A program made the translations under genes and the position numbers. Shown in pieces: positions 9,473 through 16,014 of a DNA stretch of 64,000 bases. Location of the stretch: the NCBI GenBank assembly GCA_045531855.1, contig JAZSEU010000030.1, forward strand, positions 1,412-65,411, written 5' to 3'. Origin of the DNA: Acutalibacteraceae bacterium. GTDB lineage: Bacteria; Bacillota; Clostridia; Oscillospirales; Acutalibacteraceae. Below the pieces are notes generated by a model. That model saw only the letters and a list, made by a program, of their open reading frames with translations. It was not told where the DNA came from and made no database searches. Position 1 is the first letter of the stretch; every line of letters starts with the position of its first letter.

Positions 9473-9499
9473 TCTACGCACCTCCAATATTACGATAGA

Positions 9500-9528
9500 A
9501 TTATAACACATTACTTGCAAAAAAGCAA
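9500..9528 (-). promoter_or_regulatory. Candidate sigma-A promoter for the repressor operon
   Basis: On the minus strand: TTGCTT, 17 nt, TGtTATAAT (extended -10). Palindromic operator 9513-9530 overlaps it. Confidence 0.4.
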
Positions 9529-9530
9529 GT
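9513..9530. promoter_or_regulatory. Palindromic operator-like site
   Basis: ACTTGC-aaaaaa-GCAAGT perfect inverted repeat. Confidence 0.55.
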
Positions 9531-9568
9531 GCGAAACGCTTTTTTTTGAAAAAACTTGCGAAAAGGTA

Positions 9569-9597
9569 TTGACAAAGAGGAAAAGGTGTGTTATCAT
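9569..9597 (+). promoter_or_regulatory. Candidate early rightward promoter (drives cro-like gene and the early operon)
   Basis: TTGACA (9569-9574), 17 nt, TGtTATCAT (-10 at 9592-9597). Confidence 0.6.
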
Positions 9598-9600
9598 TAA

Positions 9601-9616
9601 CTTGCGTAAACGCAAG
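9601..9616. promoter_or_regulatory. Palindromic operator-like site at the early promoter start region
   Basis: CTTGCG-taaa-CGCAAG perfect inverted repeat, 4 nt after the -10. An extra half-site CTTGCG lies at 9555-9560. Confidence 0.55.
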
Positions 9617-9639
9617 AATTATAGAAGGGAGGAAACGTA

Positions 9640-9843
9640 ATGTTTAATCAAAACATGTTAAAGGCGAAGATTATTGAAAATGGAAAATCAGTTATTGACC
9701 TATGTAATGACTTGGGTATTTGTGAAGCTACTTTTTATCGAAAGTTAGCACGAAATGGAGATTTTTCCCGTTTCGAGATTAGAAGGATAACGGAATCTTT
9801 GAATTTGAACAAGGCAGAAAGGGACAAGATTTTTTTTGCTTGA
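9640..9843 (+). CDS. Cro-like small HTH protein
   Basis: 67 aa. Segment IDLCNDLGICEATFYRKLARNG is HTH-like. GGGAGG RBS. Divergent from the repressor. Confidence 0.7.
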   Translation: MFNQNMLKAKIIENGKSVIDLCNDLGICEATFYRKLARNGDFSRFEIRRITESLNLNKAERDKIFFA

Positions 9844-9846
9844 AAA

Positions 9847-9862
9847 CTTACGGAAACGCAAG
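9847..9862. promoter_or_regulatory. Third, imperfect operator-like palindrome
   Basis: CTTACG-gaaa-CGCAAG, one mismatch relative to 9601-9616, directly after the cro-like stop codon. Confidence 0.4.
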
Positions 9863-9978
9863 AAAATTATTTTAGAAGTAATTCTTCATTTTTAAACTTA
9901 GAATTTAAAGTGCAGCTATCGTTTGGACATATTCTATCAAAAACATTGTCCAATAAAAAGGACTAAGGAGGTGAAAAT

Positions 9979-10290
9979 GTGAGGCAGGTGAATATCGCAG
10001 CAGCTCTTGAATTGTATTATGAGAGGTTAACCTTAAGTAACAAGGATATAAAAAATATATTTGGTGTTACGAGTGATAGTACTGCAAGCAAGATAAAGAA
10101 TGAAGTGATTTGTTATTTTGCTGAGTCTGATATAAATCCCATTAGCGCTCTAAACGGTAGGATTAAAACTGAATATGCTTTTGAGGCTTGGGGCATAGAT
10201 ATCAAAAATCTTGAGATGCGCTTTAGAAAATTACAAAAAATAAACGCCGCCCCCGGAAATAGCGTTCCGAAGACGGCAAAAGAAAATTAA
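9979..10290 (+). CDS. Hypothetical early protein
   Basis: 103-aa ORF with GTG start preceded by AAGGAGG. No recognisable motif. Confidence 0.5.
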   Translation: MRQVNIAAALELYYERLTLSNKDIKNIFGVTSDSTASKIKNEVICYFAESDINPISALNGRIKTEYAFEAWGIDIKNLEMRFRKLQKINAAPGNSVPKTAKEN

Positions 10291-10347
10291 CTTATTGGCA
10301 TTATACCAAAAGTATAACAAAAAGTCAAATGATAAGGAGAAAAGAAT

Positions 10348-10959
10348 ATGAGTAATTATTTAATGTTAAACGGAAAAAGGATAGATTTAACAGCTGAACA
10401 GATAGCGGATATAAAGCAAAGCTTTGGTATCGAGGATGTTAAATTATCAGATATAAAGGTTGGGGAAACTTTTAGAATCGGAGAGTATGAATTTGTTGTG
10501 TTAGAACAGTCCGGGGATACTACTGCAGTTATTCTTAAGGACTTATTGCACGAAGAAGAGATATTTGGCAGCAACAATAATTATGATGGGTCAAATGTAG
10601 ACAAGCTTTGCAATGAGTTTGGTGAAGAAATAGAAAATATAGTTGGTTCGGACAACCTTGTTGAGCATACAGTAGACCTTACAGCTGATGATGGGCTTAA
10701 ATGCTATGGAACTATCAAACGAAAGCTTTCCCTTATTACCGCCGAGCAGTATCGCAAATATGTGTACATATTGGATGAGCATAAAATCAGTTCTTGGTGG
10801 TGGCTGGCTACACCGCATAGCACAGATAAACACGAGAATGCAAGTTGGGTTAAAAGCGTTTCGCCTCTCGGCGGCATTAACAACTGCGGTTGCAACTACT
10901 ATGACTTTGGGGTTCGCCCGTTTTGTATCTTAAAATCTAATATCTTTGTATCTAAATAA
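10348..10959 (+). CDS. DGR target protein 1 (variable C-terminus; DUF6273/DUF1566-like WWWL...GVRP module)
   Basis: 203 aa, paralog of 10971-11489. The C-terminal ...SWWWLATPHS...VSPLGGINNCGCNYYDFGVRPF contains VR1. Confidence 0.85.
   Translation: MSNYLMLNGKRIDLTAEQIADIKQSFGIEDVKLSDIKVGETFRIGEYEFVVLEQSGDTTAVILKDLLHEEEIFGSNNNYDGSNVDKLCNEFGEEIENIVGSDNLVEHTVDLTADDGLKCYGTIKRKLSLITAEQYRKYVYILDEHKISSWWWLATPHSTDKHENASWVKSVSPLGGINNCGCNYYDFGVRPFCILKSNIFVSK
10856..10924 (+). repeat. DGR variable repeat VR1
   Basis: Ungapped 69-nt alignment to TR 11903-11971 with 14 differences, all at TR adenines. Confidence 0.9.
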
Positions 10960-10970
10960 GGAGAATAAAA

Positions 10971-11489
10971 ATGAAATTATCAGAAATTAAAATAGGAAAT
11001 ACTTTTAAAATTGCAGGCATTGAATTTGTAAAGCTCACAGAGGAGAACGGTGTATGTGCGGCTATATCCAAGGATATACTTTTCAATTCTAAATTTGGTA
11101 AGAATAATAACTTCGCTGAAAGCGAAATTTTAGAAAGACTTAATAATGAGGTTTTACCAAAATTAGAAGCTGAGGTAGGCCCTGAAAACATAAAGGAGTT
11201 TGAAATTGATTTAACTTCGTTAGATGGCTTAGACACATACGGCAAAATTAAATCAAAAATAGGATTGCCGACTATTGATTTCTACCGTGAAAATGTAAGA
11301 ACTTTTGATAAGTATAAACCTAATAACTGGTGGTGGTTAGCAACACCTGATACCACAAAGGAACACTTGAATGATAATTGGACAGTTTGCGTTTCGCCTC
11401 TCGGCGGCATTGGCAACCGCCATTGCATCATCAATAGCCTTGGGGTTTGCCCGTTTTTATACTTTGTATCTTTTATTTCTGTATCTTGA
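10971..11489 (+). CDS. DGR target protein 2 (paralog of target 1)
   Basis: 172 aa. ...NWWWLATPDT...VSPLGGIGNRHCIINSLGVCPF contains VR2. Confidence 0.85.
   Translation: MKLSEIKIGNTFKIAGIEFVKLTEENGVCAAISKDILFNSKFGKNNNFAESEILERLNNEVLPKLEAEVGPENIKEFEIDLTSLDGLDTYGKIKSKIGLPTIDFYRENVRTFDKYKPNNWWWLATPDTTKEHLNDNWTVCVSPLGGIGNRHCIINSLGVCPFLYFVSFISVS
11389..11457 (+). repeat. DGR variable repeat VR2
   Basis: Ungapped 69-nt alignment to the TR with 15 differences at TR adenines plus one C-to-T difference (11448). Confidence 0.9.
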
Positions 11490-11501
11490 GAGGAATAAGC
11501 T

Positions 11502-11870
11502 ATGGCCGATAATGATTTAAAAGTGATAATAAAAGCCAAAGAATTAGCGGTGCATTCTTTCAAGTTGACTTCCAATTGCAATAGATATCCTAAAAAATAT
11601 AGGCATTCGCTTGTTGACCAAATACAGCTGATAAGCTTGAAAATTCACAATAATTTATTGGAAGCGAATAGAACTAATAATGTTAGTCATTTGCGAGAAC
11701 GATGCGAAAAGATAACCAGGGCTATTACTTGTTGTGATGAGTTGCTCTTTTATATTGAATTATCTATCGAGCTTGGACTATTAGCGGATAATTCTGCAGC
11801 TTATTGGTCGAAGTTGGTATCGGATGTTAAGTATATGTCTATTGCGTGGAGAACAAAAGAAAAAAGATAA
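11502..11870 (+). CDS. avd: Avd-like accessory variability determinant (four-helix-bundle / 23S rRNA-IVS protein family)
   Basis: 122 aa. Pattern KAKELAVHSFKLT...YPKKYRHSLVDQIQLISLKIHNNLLEANR is typical of the family. It lies between the targets and the TR. Confidence 0.8.
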   Translation: MADNDLKVIIKAKELAVHSFKLTSNCNRYPKKYRHSLVDQIQLISLKIHNNLLEANRTNNVSHLRERCEKITRAITCCDELLFYIELSIELGLLADNSAAYWSKLVSDVKYMSIAWRTKEKR

Positions 11871-11902
11871 ATTTATTTAGGCTGTATGTTGTATTTTTCT
11901 AT

Positions 11903-11971
11903 GCGTTTCGCCTCACGGCAACATTAACAACAACAATTACAACAACAATAACAATGGGGTTCGCCCGTATT
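11903..11971 (+). repeat. DGR template repeat (TR)
   Basis: Noncoding. Contains 24 adenines. In the target reading frame it reads as AAC/AAT-rich codons (SPHGNINNNNYNNNNNGVRP). Confidence 0.9.
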
Positions 11972-12072
11972 GGTGGACAGCCGGTCAGAGTAGGTTCTAT
12001 ACCGAAATCAGAGCACCGCCATCAAAAGAATGTACAGCCTTTCCGTAAGGATAAACAAAGAGAGTGTGTTGT

Positions 12073-13110
12073 ATGACCGAGTTTGAGAAAGTAATCGATT
12101 TTAATAATATGTATAAAGCCTATCGAAAGGCCAAGCGTGGTAAAGGCTATAAAAAGAGTTCTGCCCAGTTTGGAATAATGGCATTAGATGGAATAAACAG
12201 GCTCATAGAACAATTAAATAACAAGACCTATAAAATATCTGATTATCAGGAGTTTAAGGTTTATGAGCCTAAGGAACGGATTATTAAAACTACCGCTTTT
12301 AAGGATAAGGTCGTGCAACACAGCTTGTGTGATAATGTGATATTACCAAGACTTAAAGAAATCTTTATATACGATAACTGCGCCGGCCAAAAAGGAAAAG
12401 GCACTCTGTTTGGTCTTAACCGCCTAAGTGAACAAATGGCAGAGTTTTATGAGAGGTATGGGACTGACGGATATATTCTTAAATGCGATATATCTAAATT
12501 CTTCTACAGCATACCTCATCAACAATTAAAAGATATCGTTAACTATTATTTTTCAGATGATAAGGATATATGTTGGCTCTGCGATTTGTTTATTGATAGC
12601 ACCGAAGGGAAAGGAATACCGTTAGGGAATCAGATTAACCAGGGCTTTGCTCTTCTTTACTTAGATGGTTTAGACAAGCTTATTAAAGGTGAATTAGGTA
12701 TTCAATATTACGGGAGATATATGGATGATTTCTATTTAATCCATCCTAGCAGGGAATATCTCAAATATTGCCTTGAAGTAATAACAGAGTTTTTAAGTAC
12801 TTTGGAGCTTTCTTTAAATGGGAAAACACAAATATTCCCTATAAAAAACGGAGTTAGTTATCTTGGATTTCATACTTATATTACTTCCGATGGGAAGATA
12901 ATACGAAAACTAAAAAATCAAAATAAAAGAAACGCTCAGCGAAAATATACAAGAATGGCAAAATTAGTAGCTTCTGATAAATTAACGAGAGATAAGTTTC
13001 AAAGCTCATATAATTCTTGGAAAAATCATATATCGCACGGTAACTGTTATAAGTTGAGTAAGGTTTCAGATAAGAAAATAAATAACATATTAAAGGAGAA
13101 AAGAATATGA
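12073..13110 (+). CDS. DGR-type reverse transcriptase
   Basis: RT motifs include YMDDFYL and LGNQINQ (DGR-type [I/L]GxxxSQ-like motif). ATG 12073 (MTEFEKV) is preferred over GTG 12064. Confidence 0.9.
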   Translation: MTEFEKVIDFNNMYKAYRKAKRGKGYKKSSAQFGIMALDGINRLIEQLNNKTYKISDYQEFKVYEPKERIIKTTAFKDKVVQHSLCDNVILPRLKEIFIYDNCAGQKGKGTLFGLNRLSEQMAEFYERYGTDGYILKCDISKFFYSIPHQQLKDIVNYYFSDDKDICWLCDLFIDSTEGKGIPLGNQINQGFALLYLDGLDKLIKGELGIQYYGRYMDDFYLIHPSREYLKYCLEVITEFLSTLELSLNGKTQIFPIKNGVSYLGFHTYITSDGKIIRKLKNQNKRNAQRKYTRMAKLVASDKLTRDKFQSSYNSWKNHISHGNCYKLSKVSDKKINNILKEKRI

Positions 13111-13358
13111 ACGGTTGTATTTACATAGATGGAATTGTAATGTGGGTGGTTGTATCAATATTAGTTTTATTGGTTGCGATTGCTCTTTTTTGTTCGATAT
13201 GCAGCATCGGGCTTCAGGATGAAAATTACATATTAAGGGACAAGCTCAGGAAGTCCGAGGAAGAGAACAAGGATTTGCGGTGTGAGCTTAGTAAAACATT
13301 ACAAAAGCTATACTCCAAGCAATATACGGACAACCTCAAGAGTTTAGAGGTGGAATAA
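13107..13358 (+). CDS. Small membrane-anchored coiled-coil protein
   Basis: 83 aa. Hydrophobic segment VMWVVVSILVLLVAIALFCSICSI. ATGA overlap with the RT stop codon. Confidence 0.55.
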   Translation: MNGCIYIDGIVMWVVVSILVLLVAIALFCSICSIGLQDENYILRDKLRKSEEENKDLRCELSKTLQKLYSKQYTDNLKSLEVE

Positions 13359-13549
13359 TGGCTGAGTGCTTAATCACAAAAAAAGCCTTACCTGAAAGAA
13401 ATGTTCATTTTATAGGGTTCGAATGCAGAAACAAGGATAGATATTGTTGTCCTAATTATAGATATAGTTTTTTAGATGGGACAAACTGTCAGTTGCTCAG
13501 AAAACCTCGTAATGTTGAAACACTTTTAAGGAGGGCGGAAAATGTATAG
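13358..13549 (+). CDS. Hypothetical small Cys-rich protein
   Basis: 63 aa, 1-nt overlap with the upstream stop. Confidence 0.45.
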   Translation: MAECLITKKALPERNVHFIGFECRNKDRYCCPNYRYSFLDGTNCQLLRKPRNVETLLRRAENV

Positions 13550-13910
13550 ATGCAATAACTGCTCTGCTGATTTTGAGGAGCCTGATGTTATCAGAGAGGA
13601 TACAAGCGAAAAATGGTTCGTATGTCCTTATTGCAGAGGAACGGACTTCGGTGAACTAAGACCAAGAAAAGAAGATGATGCCTTTTTGAAGATTAAAAAG
13701 AGCGAGGTTATAGATTTTGCGGTTGCTGCTATTGCTTTTATAAATGCAGGTGAAACAGACACTGCAAAAGAAACCCTTATTGAGCTCGTTGGAGAGATGG
13801 TGGGGTGCCATTTTGAATACAAGCAAAGCCTTGCACTTGTATCGGATAAAAAGGCAGTAGAGGAGCTCAGAGACAATATTATCACAATGTTAGAGGTGGA
13901 AGTTGTATGA
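13542..13910 (+). CDS. Hypothetical protein with N-terminal zinc-ribbon-like CxxC...CxxC
   Basis: 122 aa with CNNC...CPYC. Overlaps the upstream ORF. Confidence 0.55.
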   Translation: MYRCNNCSADFEEPDVIREDTSEKWFVCPYCRGTDFGELRPRKEDDAFLKIKKSEVIDFAVAAIAFINAGETDTAKETLIELVGEMVGCHFEYKQSLALVSDKKAVEELRDNIITMLEVEVV

Positions 13911-14003
13911 GATACGATGAGAATTTAACCTCTGCAGAAATTAGGCTTATAGAAAAGCTTAAGGATAAGAACCGAATGGAGCAAGACCAAATCATAGGAG
14001 AGT

Positions 14004-14240
14004 ATGAAAATGGCTAATTTCGAATCAGGAGTAGCTTCTTATGTTAAGACCTATGCCGTTGTTGAGGTTTATTTCCCGGTAGACGATAAAGGCAGAGCAG
14101 ATATTTCCTGTAAACGCTGTCCTTATCTCACTACAACGGGGATACAGGCTAAATGCCAGTTGAATAAAAGGGTTATAGCATTCCCGGATAGATTTGTCGG
14201 GGATTATTGTCCGCTTAATAAAATTGAAAGTGAGGAATAA
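14004..14240 (+). CDS. Hypothetical small Cys-rich protein
   Basis: 78 aa. A possible additional 36-codon ORF (13907-14017) fills the gap upstream. Confidence 0.45.
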   Translation: MKMANFESGVASYVKTYAVVEVYFPVDDKGRADISCKRCPYLTTTGIQAKCQLNKRVIAFPDRFVGDYCPLNKIESEE

Positions 14241-14241
14241 T

Positions 14242-14751
14242 ATGCAGTTTAGAGATTTAACAGCTGAGGATATTGAATGCCGAGTTGCACAATGCAATCA
14301 AATTTGGGGTGTTCAACTTTTGCTTTATAAAAACGCAAGAGTAGATATGAATATTCTTGATGAGACTGTAGGTAACGAAAATTGGCAAAATAGATTTTAT
14401 GAATGCAAAGGGAACCTATATTGTTCACTTGGAATAAATGTTAATTACGATAAACCCGAAAAAGAGCCTTTGTGGATTTGGAAGGATGATTGCGGTAGCG
14501 AGAGTAATACCGAAGCTGAAAAAGGAGAAGCCAGTGATGCTCGAAAGCGTGCTGGAGTTGCCTGGGGAATTGGCAGAGAACTTTATACTGCACCAAAATT
14601 CATTTGTTTCAAGCCTGAAGATGTTACTTGGAAAGATGGAAAATGTAAGGATACTTTTACAGTTATATCCTTAACGGTTGAAAACAAAAAAATTGTGGGT
14701 TTCCAAATTCAAAACAACAAGACAAAAAAGGGAATTAAATATGGCAAGTGA
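14242..14751 (+). CDS. Rad52/Sak-like single-strand annealing protein
   Basis: Start MQFRDLTAEDIECRV at ATG 14242 with an RBS. Motif KGEASDARKRAGVAWGIGRELY resembles the conserved Rad52-family K-x-A-x-S/T-D-A-x-K-R segment. Confidence 0.65.
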   Translation: MQFRDLTAEDIECRVAQCNQIWGVQLLLYKNARVDMNILDETVGNENWQNRFYECKGNLYCSLGINVNYDKPEKEPLWIWKDDCGSESNTEAEKGEASDARKRAGVAWGIGRELYTAPKFICFKPEDVTWKDGKCKDTFTVISLTVENKKIVGFQIQNNKTKKGIKYGK

Positions 14752-15268
14752 GTTAAATTTCGATTTCAGTTCGGTTTCATCCTTTAACTTCCATATGCCT
14801 ACACTTCTTAACTTTATTTCGCAGCTTAACGAGGGTGAATATACCCTTGAAATTAAGAAAAAGAAGAAGCGTAGAAGTCTTAATGCCAACGCTTATTTAT
14901 GGGAAATGTGTAACCAATTAGCTTTAGAACTTAGCAAAGACGGAACGGTTGTAACCAAAGAGGATATATACCGAGATGCCATAAAGAAGTGCGGAATATA
15001 TAAAGACTTCTTCGGATTATCAAAAAGAGATGCAGATACTCTAAGGCACGCCTGGGAGATGCTCGGAACGGGTTGGGTTACTGAACAAGTCGATTATATG
15101 CCTGATGGCGAAAATGTAGTTATAAGGTGTTATTACGGCAGCAGTCAGTATAACACAAAGCAAATGTCGAGAATAATCAACCATATCGTTGAGGAATGCC
15201 GAGAGCAAGGGATAGATACCCTTAGTGAGCAAGAAAGGAGCTTGCTTTTATCAGAATGGGAAAGGTAA
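14741..15268 (+). CDS. NinB/Orf-like recombination mediator
   Basis: RRSLNANAYLWEMCNQLA resembles lambda NinB RSLDQNRKLWACLGDV. Lies next to the SSAP and SSB genes. Confidence 0.5.
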   Translation: MASELNFDFSSVSSFNFHMPTLLNFISQLNEGEYTLEIKKKKKRRSLNANAYLWEMCNQLALELSKDGTVVTKEDIYRDAIKKCGIYKDFFGLSKRDADTLRHAWEMLGTGWVTEQVDYMPDGENVVIRCYYGSSQYNTKQMSRIINHIVEECREQGIDTLSEQERSLLLSEWER

Positions 15269-15549
15269 AAGAATTCTCAATAATGCCTGAAAGCGAGCTC
15301 TATTCAACCGTTCGATATGAAGGTTTACATAGACACGAAGTTTTTTATGGCACTAACAGGCAAAAATCCATTGATTATGGGCTTGTAGTATTCCTAACCC
15401 CCGAAATGCATAATATGAGCAATTACGGGGTGCATTTTAACAAAGCTTTTAATGATGAGCTGAGAAGAATAGGCCAAAAGGTTGCTATGGAATATTACGG
15501 CTGGAGTATAGAAGATTTCCGAAATATCTTCGGAGCAAATTATTTATAA
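15256..15549 (+). CDS. Hypothetical His-rich early protein
   Basis: 97 aa with LHRHEVFYG...FLTPEMH. Function not recognised. Confidence 0.5.
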   Translation: MGKVKEFSIMPESELYSTVRYEGLHRHEVFYGTNRQKSIDYGLVVFLTPEMHNMSNYGVHFNKAFNDELRRIGQKVAMEYYGWSIEDFRNIFGANYL

Positions 15550-15560
15550 GGAGAAATATT

Positions 15561-16001
15561 ATGTTTAATTTAGTAGTTTTAACAGGTCGCATGACCGATA
15601 CACCCGAGCTTAAAACAACACAAGGCGGAGTATCAGTTACTTCGTTTTCAATAGCGGTTAACAGGCCGTATAGAAAAGATAAGGAACAGGAGACCGATTT
15701 TATTAACATAGTCGCCTGGAGACAAACAGCGGAGTTTATTTGCCGCAACTTTACAAAGGGAAGCTTAATCGGAATCGAAGGGAAAATACAAACCCGAAGA
15801 TACCAGGATAGAGACGGTAATAATAGAACGGCTTTTGAGGTGGTTGCCGATAATGTTGAATTTGTTATACCTAAGAGCTCGGCTGTTCGTTCCGAGGGTG
15901 CTGATACGAATGATTATCCCCCTGAGGCTGAAAGCTTCTCAGAAGGCAACACAGAGGATTTTGAGCAGATGGATATATCTGATGATGATTTGCCGTTTTA
16001 G
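15561..16001 (+). CDS. ssb: Single-stranded DNA-binding protein
   Basis: OB-fold pattern MFNLVVLTGRMT...FINIVAWRQTAEF...GKIQTRRYQDRDGN and acidic tail DDDLPF. Confidence 0.92.
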   Translation: MFNLVVLTGRMTDTPELKTTQGGVSVTSFSIAVNRPYRKDKEQETDFINIVAWRQTAEFICRNFTKGSLIGIEGKIQTRRYQDRDGNNRTAFEVVADNVEFVIPKSSAVRSEGADTNDYPPEAESFSEGNTEDFEQMDISDDDLPF

Positions 16002-16014
16002 AGGTGAGCTTTAA

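Larger units (their letters stand above)
10348..13110 (+). other. Diversity-generating retroelement cassette (target1-VR1, target2-VR2, avd, TR, RT)
   Basis: See the component features. TR/VR alignments show adenine-specific substitutions. Confidence 0.9.

Noticed and set aside
9868-9905. Small hairpin gaagtaattcttc followed by ATTTTT after the Cro-like gene, as a possible early terminator
   Set aside because: The stem is only 4 bp and AT-rich, too weak to call without folding energies or expression data.
10688-10933. Off-frame and antisense ORFs over VR1 and VR2 (10688-10933, 10704-10895, 11282-11581, 10952-11245)
   Set aside because: They are shadow frames inside the two DGR target genes. 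Their mutual similarity only reflects the VR/TR repeat.
11846-12076. 76-aa ORF in the track spanning the avd end, the TR and the spacer
   Set aside because: It has no RBS. Its peptide is the TR read as T/I/N-rich low-complexity sequence. It overlaps avd and the RT start. The DNA is better explained as the noncoding DGR template plus spacer.
12064-13110. Alternative readings of the RT as a retron or group II intron RT
   Set aside because: No msr/msd-like inverted repeats or intron domain V/VI-like structure were seen nearby. The adenine-specific TR/VR pairs and the Avd-like gene fit a DGR.
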